NCBI GenBank assembly: GCA_012798115.1
Contig: JAAZNV010000012.1
Span: forward strand, 1-63,751
From: a candidate division WWE3 bacterium
GTDB taxonomy: Bacteria > Patescibacteriota > WWE3 > UBA101185 > UBA10185
Length of the DNA stretch: 63,751 bases
Reading direction: 5' to 3'
Shown: piece after piece, positions 46,723 to 58,942 of the stretch
How positions within the stretch are numbered: the stretch's first letter is position 1
How the letters are laid out: each line of letters starts with the position of its first letter
Translations under genes and position numbers: made by a program
The notes under the pieces: generated by a model
Told to the model about the DNA's origin: nothing
Databases searched by the model: none
What the model saw: the letters and a program-made list of their open reading frames with translations, nothing else

Positions 46723-48879
46723 TCAAAATAAAGACGTTACAGATTCTCTTTTCTTTTCCTTTTTAAGCAGAGGATTCCTCCAGCTACTATAGTCGCAATC
46801 AGGATACCTACTGCAACCATAAAACTTTTTTCTCTTTGCTCTTTTAACAACAACATCCCCTGTTCCACATTTAGGACATTTAACACCAACTTTATCCATA
46901 AAGTTTTGTGTCGTCTTGCATTTTGGGTAATTGCTGCATGCTAAAAACTTTCCAAATCTTCCTTGTTTTAACTTAAGAACACCATCAGAACAATTAGGAC
47001 ACTTACCATAATCCTTCTGCTCATTTTCTCCATTTTCCCCCACCAACGGTTTTGCATACTTGCAATCAGGGTATCCAGAGCAGCTTAAAAACTTCCCATA
47101 CTTTCCAAGTTTAAAAACCAGAGGCTTGCCACATTCTGGACATGCTTCTCCACTTTCCCCAAGGTTGGTCACATCGCTTTTACTTAAGGCCTTGTCTTTC
47201 TCAACTAAAGTTTTTTCAAACGGCTCATAGAAATTTCTAACAAGAGGGATCCACTTCTTTTTGCCTTCTGCAACTTCATCTAAATCCTCTTCCATTTCCG
47301 CAGTAAATCCATAATCAATAATATCCGGAAAGTGTGCTACTAAAAGATCATTTACTACATAAGCGACATCTTTTGGAATAAAAGACCTCCCATCTTTTTC
47401 AACATACCCCCTTGATTGAATCGTTGTAATTGTAGGAGCATATGTAGAAGGCCTCCCAACACCAATCTCCTCCATCTTTTTAATTAACGTAGCATCTGTG
47501 TATCTTGCAGGAGGCTGTGTGAAATGCTGTTCAGAAATCAACCCTTTCAAGGCAACTTTATCATTTAATGACAACTCAGGAAGAAGTGTTTGGTCAGATT
47601 CTCCATTTCCATTACCAACAGTACTTATCCCCAAGTATTTTCCAATTGCAAACCAACCATCAAATTTCACATAAGAACCAACTGCTTTAAACAAATATTT
47701 TTTACTAGATTCTACTTTTATAGTTGTTAAGTCATACACTGCAGGAGCCATCTGACATTCAAGTGATCTTTTCCAGATTACTGAGTAAACTTTTAACTCA
47801 TCTGATTTTAATTTCTTTTTACCTTTTCCTGGTATAAAAAGCAGATTAGTAGGTCTTATTGCTTCGTGTGCTTCTTGTGCATTCTTAGACTTTGTTTTAT
47901 AGAAAACACCTTTTTCAGGTAAGTATTCCTTTCCAAATTGATCCTCAACAAATCCTCGAGCATTGTTTACAAAAACCGGAGATAAGTTTAATGAATCTGT
48001 CCTATGATAAGTAATTATCCCTTGTTCAAATAAACTTTGAGCAGCAGACATTGTCCTTTTAGCTGTAAAACCAAAAACATTAGACATGGCTTGTTGAAGA
48101 GTCGATGTACTAAAAGGAGCATAGGGTTTACTTTCCCTTTTTGACTTTTCAATGGAAGAGATCTTAAACATATCTCCTTTCAAATCACCTTCAATCTTTT
48201 TAGCTTCTTCTTTATTTTTTATTTCTACCTTTTTCCCGTTTTTTTCAAACAAGAAGGCTTCAAAAGGCTCCTTTGAGCTCACTTTTTCAAATAGTCCCTT
48301 CATCGACCAGTATTCATCTGGTTTAAAAGATTGTCTTTCTCTTTCTCTCTCAACAATTAATCTTACTGCAACACTTTGCACCCTACCTGCAGATAGACCA
48401 TACATCACCTTTTTCCAAAGAAGTGGGGATAATTTATAACCAACAAGCCTATCTAAAACTCTTCTTGCTTGCTGAGCATCTACTAAATTCATATCCACCT
48501 TACCTAAGTTTTTAAATGCTTCTTTTATTGCAGATTCTGTAAGCTCATGAAACACAACCCTTCCAAATTTAATGTTTCCTTTCCTAGGAGTAAGTAAATA
48601 TTCTAAATGCCATGCAATTGCTTCTCCTTCTCTATCAGGATCAGTCGCAAGAATAATCTCTTCTACATCTTTGGATTTCTTTTTAAGACTTGTTAATGTC
48701 TTCTTGGCTTTAGGAGGAACAACATATTCAACTTCAAAATTCTTTTCAACATCAACACCTAAGCCACTTTTAGGTAAGTCCCTTATATGACCCATTGATG
48801 CTTCTATTGCGTAATCCTTTGGCAGGATTGATGAAAGAGTCTTAGCCTTTGTAGGCGACTCCACAATTACCAATTTCAT
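46723..48879 (-). CDS. topA: DNA topoisomerase I
   Basis: IVESPTKA, ATDPDREGE, SAGRVQS, ITYHRTDS, three C-terminal zinc ribbons. Confidence 0.98.
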   Translation of the reverse strand: MKLVIVESPTKAKTLSSILPKDYAIEASMGHIRDLPKSGLGVDVEKNFEVEYVVPPKAKKTLTSLKKKSKDVEEIILATDPDREGEAIAWHLEYLLTPRKGNIKFGRVVFHELTESAIKEAFKNLGKVDMNLVDAQQARRVLDRLVGYKLSPLLWKKVMYGLSAGRVQSVAVRLIVERERERQSFKPDEYWSMKGLFEKVSSKEPFEAFLFEKNGKKVEIKNKEEAKKIEGDLKGDMFKISSIEKSKRESKPYAPFSTSTLQQAMSNVFGFTAKRTMSAAQSLFEQGIITYHRTDSLNLSPVFVNNARGFVEDQFGKEYLPEKGVFYKTKSKNAQEAHEAIRPTNLLFIPGKGKKKLKSDELKVYSVIWKRSLECQMAPAVYDLTTIKVESSKKYLFKAVGSYVKFDGWFAIGKYLGISTVGNGNGESDQTLLPELSLNDKVALKGLISEQHFTQPPARYTDATLIKKMEEIGVGRPSTYAPTITTIQSRGYVEKDGRSFIPKDVAYVVNDLLVAHFPDIIDYGFTAEMEEDLDEVAEGKKKWIPLVRNFYEPFEKTLVEKDKALSKSDVTNLGESGEACPECGKPLVFKLGKYGKFLSCSGYPDCKYAKPLVGENGENEQKDYGKCPNCSDGVLKLKQGRFGKFLACSNYPKCKTTQNFMDKVGVKCPKCGTGDVVVKRAKRKKFYGCSRYPDCDYSSWRNPLLKKEKKRESVTSLF

Positions 48880-49010
48880 ATGTTATTCAAATTTGAGTAT
48901 ATCACAGGAAACTTTTAGTCAAGAATATTTATAACTTTGCTTGTTGTAATTCTATTTGATTTTAATCATATTTTGTCATACAATGTAAGCACCAACAAAA
49001 GGAGAAAGAA

Positions 49011-49250
49011 ATGGAGGAGATTTCAAGTAGTTTACTAGTTTTACTAGCTAGTCCATTGTTCAGAGCAGTATGTCTTAGCGTAGCTTTTTATGTGTTTTTT
49101 GACTTGATGGTAAAGACAACACCAATGGAAGGAAAGGGTTTTTCCCCAGGAGGAAAAGAAGAAGCTCTAAACTCTATTTTTTCTCTACTAATGGGGGTAA
49201 CTGGGATACTGTTTACAGTAAACCTTATTTTTGCAATTTTCTTTTTTTAA
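49011..49250 (+). CDS. Small two-TM hypothetical protein
   Basis: SD AAGGAG, upstream TACAAT, downstream AGGCT...AGCCT hairpin. Confidence 0.6.
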   Translation: MEEISSSLLVLLASPLFRAVCLSVAFYVFFDLMVKTTPMEGKGFSPGGKEEALNSIFSLLMGVTGILFTVNLIFAIFFF

Positions 49251-49313
49251 TTCTTCTGTACACAGGCTTTAACAAACAACCGTTAGAGCCTATTTTTATG
49301 CTAGAATATTGCT

Positions 49314-49853
49314 ATGGCAGTCAAAGCTGTAATTACCGTTCCCAACTCAATACTAAACAAAAAAGCTCAAAAAGTGAGCAACATCACTAGTGACGTAAAA
49401 AACACAGCAAAGGACCTTCTAGACACTGTGAAGTTAGCAAAAGATCCTGAAGGAGCAGGTCTTGCAGCTCCTCAAATAGGAATATCACAAAGAATAATAG
49501 TAGTAAGAAACTTCTTTGAAGATCCCATTAATCCGCAAGAGATTCATTCCGATGACATAATTTTAATAAACCCTAAGATCACATCTTCCTCTTCTGAGAC
49601 AGAAACTGATTGGGAGGGATGTTTAAGTGTCCCAGATAAATATGGACTTGTAGAAAGGTTTAAAAAAATAAAAGTAACGGCTAAAGACCTCAATGGGAGC
49701 AACTTAAAAATCAAAGCAGAAGGATTTTTTGCAAGAACAATACAACATGAGGTAGATCATCTAAACGGAATATTATTTACCTCAAAAGTAATAGGAAACA
49801 CCATATCTCAAAAAGAATTTGATGAGATTATTGAAAAGGAAAGCCTCGTATGA
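49314..49853 (+). CDS. def: Peptide deformylase
   Basis: GAGLAAPQIG, EGCLS, QHEVDH. Confidence 0.97.
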   Translation: MAVKAVITVPNSILNKKAQKVSNITSDVKNTAKDLLDTVKLAKDPEGAGLAAPQIGISQRIIVVRNFFEDPINPQEIHSDDIILINPKITSSSSETETDWEGCLSVPDKYGLVERFKKIKVTAKDLNGSNLKIKAEGFFARTIQHEVDHLNGILFTSKVIGNTISQKEFDEIIEKESLV

Positions 49854-50785
49854 AAGTTGCTTTTTTTGGAACATCAAACAGATCAATCCCAATACTTGAG
49901 TCACTAAAATCACACTTTGACATAGTACTAATAGTTACTAAAGAAGACGTTGTAGTAGGAAGGAAGAAAATCAAAAGGGAGACTGAAGTCAAAAGATGGG
50001 CTAAAGAAAATGATATAAAGTTTCTGGAAATAAAGTTTCTCAAAGGAGAAGATTTAGAAAAAGTGGTTGAAGAAGTAAAGGAAACCAACCCTGACTATGG
50101 AGTTGTTGCAGATTTCAGTTTTATTATTCCAAAAGAAATAATTAGCTTATTTGATATCAGACTTATAAATATACACTTTTCTCTTCTACCGAAGTACAGG
50201 GGTTCTAGCCCTGTTCAATTTGCAATACTAAACGGTGATAAAACAATAGGAATAACCTTTCACGTGGTGGATGAAAAAATGGACAATGGAGCAATATTAT
50301 TTCAAAGCTGTTATAGTATGAACGGAAATGAGACAGCAGGTGAGCTTTATGATATCTTATTCAAAATTGCTTCAGATAAACTCCCAGAGATACTAGAAAA
50401 ATATTCACAAGGTCAAATAAAGCCCATTGTTCAAGATAAAGAACTTGCAACATTTACGTTCTCAAAAACTCATCCCAAAAGTACTTTTATCTTCAAGGAG
50501 GACGCTCTAATTGACTGGAGTAAAAAACCAGAAGAAATAGAAAGAGTAGTAAGAGCATTTAATCCGTGGCCTATTGCATGGACATATTTAAAAAACTTGG
50601 AAAAGAGTAAGTACTTGATCACAAGAATAAAACTTAAGAAGCATATCGATAAGGACTTAAAAGTTAAAATATACAAAGCAGTAATTAAAGATGGAAAACT
50701 ATTAATTGAACAGCTACAAGTTGAAGGTAAGAACAAGGTATCATGGAAAGACTTTGAGAATGGTTACTTGAATTCCACTAATTGA
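49850..50785 (+). CDS. fmt: Methionyl-tRNA formyltransferase
   Basis: NIHFSLLPKYRGSSP, MDNG, RAFNPWP; coupled to def. Confidence 0.95.
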   Translation: MKVAFFGTSNRSIPILESLKSHFDIVLIVTKEDVVVGRKKIKRETEVKRWAKENDIKFLEIKFLKGEDLEKVVEEVKETNPDYGVVADFSFIIPKEIISLFDIRLINIHFSLLPKYRGSSPVQFAILNGDKTIGITFHVVDEKMDNGAILFQSCYSMNGNETAGELYDILFKIASDKLPEILEKYSQGQIKPIVQDKELATFTFSKTHPKSTFIFKEDALIDWSKKPEEIERVVRAFNPWPIAWTYLKNLEKSKYLITRIKLKKHIDKDLKVKIYKAVIKDGKLLIEQLQVEGKNKVSWKDFENGYLNSTN

Positions 50786-51015
50786 GCTTTTGCTTCCATC
50801 TCTCTTTGCATATCTTTATCTTCTTTTTTTATTCTTTTTAAACAAGAAGCACAAAGCTTGAATTTGACTCTTACCCCATTTATTAAAAATCTTTTCACTC
50901 TAAGATTAGCTTTGTTATGAGATTTAGTTCTTCTAGTAACACGATTACCAATACCTCTTGGTACTAAGTTTGACTTTTGATAGGTTTTCCCGCAAATATC
51001 ACATACTCTTGACAT
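50764..51015 (-). CDS. rpmB: 50S ribosomal protein L28
   Basis: MSRVCDICGK...NL...CASCLK. Confidence 0.93.
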   Translation of the reverse strand: MSRVCDICGKTYQKSNLVPRGIGNRVTRRTKSHNKANLRVKRFLINGVRVKFKLCASCLKRIKKEDKDMQREMEAKAQLVEFK

Positions 51016-51056
51016 AACATTGTGAATTAAACCATATTTAGTGTTTTAAAGTCAAC

Positions 51057-51098
51057 AAAAAGACCGGCGATATGTTTAATAACACCAATCCGGTCTTT
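51057..51098 (-). terminator. Intrinsic terminator
   Basis: AAAGACCGG...CCGGTCTTTT on the minus strand. Confidence 0.7.
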
Positions 51099-51128
51099 CG
51101 TTTGAGAGACTTTATACTTTAACTTTGT

Positions 51129-51344
51129 TTAAAATATCTGCTCTATGTGAAAGCCACCTTCCATGAATTCTTGAATAGTATCCATCGGAGACAAAGGTAG
51201 CTCCTCATCACACAGTCCACAATCATGAGGAGACCCGGGACATAACCCTTCGCGACGTGCTATACAACTTTTAGAGCACCTAGTCTCAATCTCCTCTGAC
51301 GATGGTTTCTTCGAAATTGTCAATATGGAAATGCCATTCAACAT
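51129..51344 (-). CDS. Small Cys-rich hypothetical protein (71 aa)
   Basis: Start ATG 51344 with SD AAGGAG; CSKSC...C.....DCGLC. Confidence 0.6.
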   Translation of the reverse strand: MLNGISILTISKKPSSEEIETRCSKSCIARREGLCPGSPHDCGLCDEELPLSPMDTIQEFMEGGFHIEQIF

Positions 51345-51498
51345 ATCATCTCTCCTTTTTCTGTCTCTCATGTTGGTGATTGACAGTATAGTACTTATTT
51401 CTTTCCATAGCAACTTATCAGCTGTTAGAAATACAAAATAAATATATATTATGCTAAAATCGTAAGACAGAGTTACCTTGAAAATTAAGTTAGAATAG

Positions 51499-51573
51499 GC
51501 CGTCTTAGCTCAATGGCAGAGCAGGCGCTTTGTAAGCGTCAGGTTGTGAGTTCAAATCTCACAGACGGCTCCA
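51499..51573 (+). tRNA. tRNA-Thr(TGT)
   Basis: GCCGTCT/AGACGGC acceptor, GGCGC-TTTGTAA-GCGTC anticodon arm, CCA. Confidence 0.95.
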
Positions 51574-51574
51574 T

Positions 51575-51660
51575 GCCGAGATACCAAAGTGGTCAAATGG
51601 AGCGGTCTGTAAAACCGTTGGCTTTTGCCTTCGAAGGTTCAAATCCTTCTCTCGGCACCA
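51575..51660 (+). tRNA. tRNA-Tyr(GTA)
   Basis: GCCGAGA/TCTCGGC acceptor, CTGTAAA loop, long variable arm, CCA. Confidence 0.95.
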
Positions 51661-51688
51661 GTGTTTATTAATTTAATCTTAAAAAAGC

Positions 51689-51991
51689 ATGAAAGATTTC
51701 ATAAAATTTATTAGAGAACAAGGAGTAGTAGGTTTGGCCGTTGGCTTTATCCTTGGGGGAGCAGTATCTGAAATTGTATCTTCTATCATTAAAGATTTAA
51801 TTAACCCTTTACTTGGTTTGGTATTAGGACTTACAGGAGGACTTCAAACATCAGTATTAAAAATTGGTTCTGCAGAATTAGGAATAGGAAATTTTATAAG
51901 TACACTAATTGATTTCTTAATCATTTCACTTGTTGTGTATTTTGGAGTAAAGCTTTTGAAACTAGAAAAACTAGATAAAAAGAAGGATTAA
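51689..51991 (+). CDS. mscL: Large-conductance mechanosensitive channel
   Basis: FIKFIREQGVVGLAVGFILGGA...DLINP...GNFI...IDFLII. Confidence 0.92.
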   Translation: MKDFIKFIREQGVVGLAVGFILGGAVSEIVSSIIKDLINPLLGLVLGLTGGLQTSVLKIGSAELGIGNFISTLIDFLIISLVVYFGVKLLKLEKLDKKKD

Positions 51992-51999
51992 TTTTTATT

Positions 52000-52074
52000 G
52001 CCTGGGTAGTTCAGTGGTAGAACGCTTCCATGGTAAGGAAGAAGTCGAGGGTTCAATTCCCTCTCCAGGCTCCA
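52000..52074 (+). tRNA. tRNA-Thr(GGT)
   Basis: GCCTGGG acceptor, CTTCC-ATGGTAA-GGAAG anticodon arm, CCA. Confidence 0.95.
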
Positions 52075-52097
52075 TCAAGTCCCAAGTTAGTACTAAG

Positions 52098-52134
52098 AAA
52101 AACCGGCTTTATTCATTTCTGAATTGCCGGTTTT
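52098..52134 (-). terminator. Bidirectional-looking terminator
   Basis: AAAAACCGGC...GCCGGTTTT. Confidence 0.7.
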
Positions 52135-52136
52135 AA

Positions 52137-52613
52137 CTATTTTTCATAGATGGGAACTACATAACCTTTGCTACGTAGATTGTTTCCCATCTCAACCATT
52201 TCTTCCTGCAAAACATCTAAAATTTTTGCTGCAGGAAAATTGTCAAATTGGATAACACATCCATTTTGACACCCATACGCTTCAGCGTACGTTTTGATTC
52301 TTGCATCAGACCACAGTCTGACGACATCTAATGAGACAAAATATATCTCATCAGAATCCAGCCACAGTTGATCGTGATATTCAAAAAACTCTCTTACCCT
52401 GTTAACACACAAGGGAAGAGTTTCTTCAACCCGATCAGCTGCAATTCTACCAATAGTAGCAGCACAAGCGGTAGTAAGAGCATTATCTACCTCAGGGCTA
52501 AGAGGCTGCTTCTCACTTGTAGCAACGTTGTTTAGCACAGAGGTAACAGTAGTAGATGCACATCCAGACACCATGGCTGAAAGCAAAATGAAGGCTAAAA
52601 TCTTCTTCATCAC
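52137..52613 (-). CDS. Hypothetical lipoprotein
   Basis: MKKILAFILLSAMVSGC lipobox; promoter TTGACT-17-TACAAT (52673-52645); SD AAGGAG. Confidence 0.75.
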   Translation of the reverse strand: MMKKILAFILLSAMVSGCASTTVTSVLNNVATSEKQPLSPEVDNALTTACAATIGRIAADRVEETLPLCVNRVREFFEYHDQLWLDSDEIYFVSLDVVRLWSDARIKTYAEAYGCQNGCVIQFDNFPAAKILDVLQEEMVEMGNNLRSKGYVVPIYEK

Positions 52614-52707
52614 TCTCTCCTTGTTTTTGATTAGTTATGTTGCTATTGTAGCATCAAACCAAATATTAGTCAAAGCTATAGGATTATATCTTTTAATAGC
52701 AAGTACA

Positions 52708-53511
52708 TTAGATACCTAAAAAATTCATAATTAAGTATCTAACAACGAGAGGTCCCATTCCTCCTGGGGATTTTGAAATAAAATTCAAATGATCCAGTTT
52801 TGAATTCATATCTAGATCACCAACACATTTGTTGTTTATGACACTTGATCCAAAATCAACCACATTGCAAGCATGTTCAATATTTTCTCCCTTCACTAAG
52901 TTACAGACCCCAGCAGATAAAATTAGTAATTGACAAGATATTTTGCACTTGCCATCATAGTCTGACAAGACATTAACATTAGCTTTTTGCTTGGACAAAT
53001 AATAAGCAATAGGCTTACCAACTAAATCTCCATCTCCTATTACAGTTACATCAAGATTATTCAAATTAATTTTGTTTCCATCAATGAAATGTTTCAATGA
53101 TCTAACAACAGGAGGAAGGGTAACAAAATTTCCTTCATAAAAGCTTTTCTTACCTTCTGTAGATATGATATCAATATCCTTTTCTAAAGGTATTAAATCA
53201 AGCAATTTATTTAAGCTTTTTCTAGGTAGAGGAAGCTGAATAATACATCCTGAAACCTTGTCATTATCAAGTATTTTCTTAACCAAACTAATTATAACCT
53301 CATCAGAAAGGCTATCTTTGATATACGAAGTAGAAACTGGGATGTTAAATTTGTCACAAAGCTTTTTCTTTATTTCAATAAACTTGTCAGAAGATAAATT
53401 CTCACCTATTTGTATTATTGCTAACTCTTTGTCTACTGAGTGATTTTTTACATACTCTTCTATTTTTTTATCAAGAAAGCTTGCTTCTTTTCTTCCATCA
53501 AACAACATCAT
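52708..53511 (-). CDS. folD: Bifunctional methylenetetrahydrofolate dehydrogenase/cyclohydrolase (divergent)
   Basis: DGR start, IIQLPLP, EKDID, G.G.LVGKP, GD, PGGMGP. Confidence 0.88.
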   Translation of the reverse strand: MMLFDGRKEASFLDKKIEEYVKNHSVDKELAIIQIGENLSSDKFIEIKKKLCDKFNIPVSTSYIKDSLSDEVIISLVKKILDNDKVSGCIIQLPLPRKSLNKLLDLIPLEKDIDIISTEGKKSFYEGNFVTLPPVVRSLKHFIDGNKINLNNLDVTVIGDGDLVGKPIAYYLSKQKANVNVLSDYDGKCKISCQLLILSAGVCNLVKGENIEHACNVVDFGSSVINNKCVGDLDMNSKLDHLNFISKSPGGMGPLVVRYLIMNFLGI

Positions 53512-53535
53512 TACGATATTATACTTTATAAAAAC

Positions 53536-53557
53536 AAAAACCTCGCAATTGCGAGGT
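53536..53557 (-). terminator. Terminator downstream of 6S RNA
   Basis: ACCTCGC-AATT-GCGAGGT-TTTT on the minus strand. Confidence 0.75.
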
Positions 53558-53561
53558 ATAA

Positions 53562-53728
53562 ATTTGCCCCGATGTGTCGATCCACCAAGATCGGATCTCC
53601 GTTTGAGTACAGGTGGGTGCTTAGGTTTAAAACTTTCGAATTAAACACTCTTAGCTCCCAGTGAAGATCAAATCGATGGAAGATTTACACGACCTTCGGT
53701 TTGTCCGAGCACATCAGGTTTGCTCGAT
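53562..53728 (-). ncRNA. ssrS: 6S RNA (ssrS)-like
   Basis: CCTGATGTG...CACATCGGGGC closing stem, GGGAGC/GCACCCACCTG internal stem, central bubble; promoter TTGCAC-17-TATTAT; size ~165 nt. Confidence 0.75.
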
Positions 53729-53795
53729 GAGCATTAATAAAATAATAACAAACAAGAGGTAGAGTGCAAATCAAGTATCTTTGTATTTATTGTTA

Positions 53796-54407
53796 CTAAG
53801 GCAAATAAACACCTAATATTTTCATTGTTGTATCAACCAAAGGTGTAAGTATTTTCTCTGTAGAATTAGTTAGGACTAAAAACATTAAAATATATGTTCC
53901 ATATCTCTGAAAATCTTCCCATTGAACAGATAAGTTGTACGGAAGAAAACCATAAACAATCTTATTTCCATCTAATGGTCCAAATGGAATTAAATTAAAA
54001 AACCCAAGGGTGAGATTATATAAAATAGTTAATCCTAAAAATACTCCAGTTAAAGAGTTGATTCCAAGATATTTAAAGGGAAGAGATAGAACAACTGCAA
54101 GGATAAAGTTAGAAGCAGGACCTGCTAAAGAAATTAATGCTGCATCTCTTTTAGGATTCTTTAAATTCAATGGATTAAAAGGAACAGGTTTACCCCACCC
54201 AAACCCCACGAAAAGAAGAAATAAAGTTCCAACAGGATCAAGATGAGCTTTGGGATTTAAAGTTAATCTTCCAAGATACTTAGCTGTAGGATCTCCTAGT
54301 TTATAAGCAGCAAGAGCATGAGAAAATTCATGTATACAAATAGATACTATTAACGCCCCTGCTAACAAGAAAAATGTGAGAGGGCTTTGAAACAACAAAC
54401 TAATCAT
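53796..54407 (-). CDS. Site-2 protease family (M50) protein
   Basis: HEFSH, GDPTA..GRLTLNP..HLD, AGPASN, FNLIPFGPLDG. Confidence 0.93.
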   Translation of the reverse strand: MISLLFQSPLTFFLLAGALIVSICIHEFSHALAAYKLGDPTAKYLGRLTLNPKAHLDPVGTLFLLFVGFGWGKPVPFNPLNLKNPKRDAALISLAGPASNFILAVVLSLPFKYLGINSLTGVFLGLTILYNLTLGFFNLIPFGPLDGNKIVYGFLPYNLSVQWEDFQRYGTYILMFLVLTNSTEKILTPLVDTTMKILGVYLP

Positions 54408-54461
54408 ATCTATAGCATTATACCATTGAGAAGAAAAAATAATCATGTTACAATGTGCGGC

Positions 54462-54647
54462 GTGAAGCACGTCATTGGATTCATTAAACAATCTATTGAG
54501 GAATTGAAGAAAATTCAATTTCCAAGTAGGAGAGAAACTTTAAGATTGACTGCTTATGTAGTTGGAATAAGTATTACAGCAGGACTTTTAATTACATTAT
54601 TTGACTATGTATTTAAAGAATTGCTAACCTTAATACTTACAAAGTAA
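54462..54647 (+). CDS. secE: Preprotein translocase SecE
   Basis: ELKKIQFPSRRET plus a single TM, immediately upstream of nusG. Confidence 0.9.
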   Translation: MKHVIGFIKQSIEELKKIQFPSRRETLRLTAYVVGISITAGLLITLFDYVFKELLTLILTK

Positions 54648-54649
54648 TT

Positions 54650-55321
54650 ATGGAAGAAACAAATACAAATCAAGTAAATAACAACCAGCTTGATCAAACA
54701 AATGATCAAACAACAAGCCAGTTGAATCAAGCTCAACAAATGAGCGATGAAGAAATTGATGAAGAAAATGTTGTTGTAATAAACAAGAATATATCTAATA
54801 ATGCTCATTGGTATGTAGTACATACCTATTCAGGACATGAAAGCAAGGTAGCAGTAACTCTAAAAGAAAGGATTGAAGCTGCAGGGCATGTAGATAAGGT
54901 ATTTAAAATATTTGTTCCTCACCAACAAAAAATTGTTGTATCTGAAGGAAAAAAGAGATCAGTTGACGAAAAATTGTTTCCTGGATATCTAATGATTCTA
55001 ATGGAAATGAGTGACGATAGTTGGTATGTGGTAAGATCTACACCTGGAGTAACAGGATTTGTTGGAATGGGATCAACCCCTACCCCACTTCCTGAATCAG
55101 AAGTTAGGACACTAATGAAATTTGCTAAAATGGAAGCTCCTAAGTTTGAAGCTAAGTTTAGGGCTGGAGATTCTATTAAAATTAATGATGGCCCATTCAA
55201 GGACTTTTTAGGAAAAGTAGATGAAGTTAATGAGGAGCAAGGTAAGGTGAAAGTTTTGGTTTCTGTTTTTGGAAGAGAAACACCACTAGAACTAGACTTT
55301 GCTCAAGTATCTCAGCTTTAA
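54650..55321 (+). CDS. nusG: Transcription factor NusG (Q/N-rich N-terminal extension)
   Basis: WYVVHTYSGHE, FPGY, TPGVTGFVG, KOW, FGRETP. Confidence 0.97.
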   Translation: MEETNTNQVNNNQLDQTNDQTTSQLNQAQQMSDEEIDEENVVVINKNISNNAHWYVVHTYSGHESKVAVTLKERIEAAGHVDKVFKIFVPHQQKIVVSEGKKRSVDEKLFPGYLMILMEMSDDSWYVVRSTPGVTGFVGMGSTPTPLPESEVRTLMKFAKMEAPKFEAKFRAGDSIKINDGPFKDFLGKVDEVNEEQGKVKVLVSVFGRETPLELDFAQVSQL

Positions 55322-55339
55322 AAGTTAAAAGGAAAAATT

Positions 55340-55780
55340 ATGGCAGTAGCTAAAAAAGGTAAAAAAGTAAAAGCAATAGTTAAACTTGCAGTTGATGCTG
55401 GAAAAGCAACACCAGCACCTCCAATTGGACCTGCACTTGGTCAGCATGGTGTATCGATTATGGATTTCTGTAAGGAATTTAATGCTAGAACCACAAAAAT
55501 GGAAGGAAACATTATACCTGTTCTATTAACAGTTTATGAAGATAGAACCTTCACATTTATAACCAAAACACCAGTTTCTACACACTTAATAAAGAAAGTA
55601 TTAAAACTACAAAAAGGATCTTCTACTCCAAATAAGGAAAAAGTTGGAAAATTAACTAAGGCTCAAGTTGAAGAAGTAGCTAAGCAAAAAATGCCGGATT
55701 TAAATACTAAAAATTTGGAGGAGGCAGTAAAGATAATAGAAGGTACTGCTAAATCAATGGGTATAGAGGTAGAAAAATGA
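55340..55780 (+). CDS. rplK: 50S ribosomal protein L11
   Basis: [28 protein letters not shown]. Confidence 0.98.
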   Translation: MAVAKKGKKVKAIVKLAVDAGKATPAPPIGPALGQHGVSIMDFCKEFNARTTKMEGNIIPVLLTVYEDRTFTFITKTPVSTHLIKKVLKLQKGSSTPNKEKVGKLTKAQVEEVAKQKMPDLNTKNLEEAVKIIEGTAKSMGIEVEK

Positions 55781-56430
55781 AAAAGGTGAAGAAAGAAAGA
55801 GACATAAAAGAATACAAATTAAGTGAGGCCATTAAGAGAGTAAAAGCTGAATCAAAAACAAAGTTTGATGCCAGTATTGAACTTCACATTAACCTTAACA
55901 TAGATCCAGTTAAACAAGGAATTAGATTTTCAGTGGATCTTCCACATGGAACTGGAAAAACGAAAAAGATTGCAGTTCTTTCAAGTGGAAAAGTTAATGG
56001 GGCAGACGTTACTTTAGATGAATCAAGTTTATCTGGAATAGATAGCGGAAAAATAAAACCAAACGTTGATTTTGAGGTGTTTATCGCAGAACCAAAGTTC
56101 ATGCCTTTACTTGCCAAATACGCAAAAGTTTTAGGTCCAGCAGGAGTTATGCCCAATCCAAAGAATGGAACAGTAACTGAAGACGTAAATACAGCAGTGG
56201 AGCAATTTAAAAAAGGAAAAGTAGAAATTAAAACTGAAAAGTTAGCATCCCTTATTCACACAATAGTAGGTAAAGTGAGTTTTGAAGATAAAGCTTTGGA
56301 AGAAAACTTTAAAGAAATAGTTAATACACTTAAACAGAACAAACCTGCAAAAGTAGATCCTTTATGGATTAAGAGTATGTATCTTACTTCATCAATGGGA
56401 CCTTCTGTAAAAGTTGCGATTGAAGATTAA
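55777..56430 (+). CDS. rplA: 50S ribosomal protein L1
   Basis: [33 protein letters not shown]. Confidence 0.97.
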   Translation: MKKVKKERDIKEYKLSEAIKRVKAESKTKFDASIELHINLNIDPVKQGIRFSVDLPHGTGKTKKIAVLSSGKVNGADVTLDESSLSGIDSGKIKPNVDFEVFIAEPKFMPLLAKYAKVLGPAGVMPNPKNGTVTEDVNTAVEQFKKGKVEIKTEKLASLIHTIVGKVSFEDKALEENFKEIVNTLKQNKPAKVDPLWIKSMYLTSSMGPSVKVAIED

Positions 56431-56442
56431 TCTCTAATTTCA

Positions 56443-58938
<2,496 letters not shown>

Positions 58939-58942
<4 letters not shown>

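Noticed and set aside
53796..54647. Apparent overlap between the M50 protease and secE ORFs
   Set aside because: It disappears with corrected starts (54407 minus, 54462 plus), leaving a short divergent promoter region.
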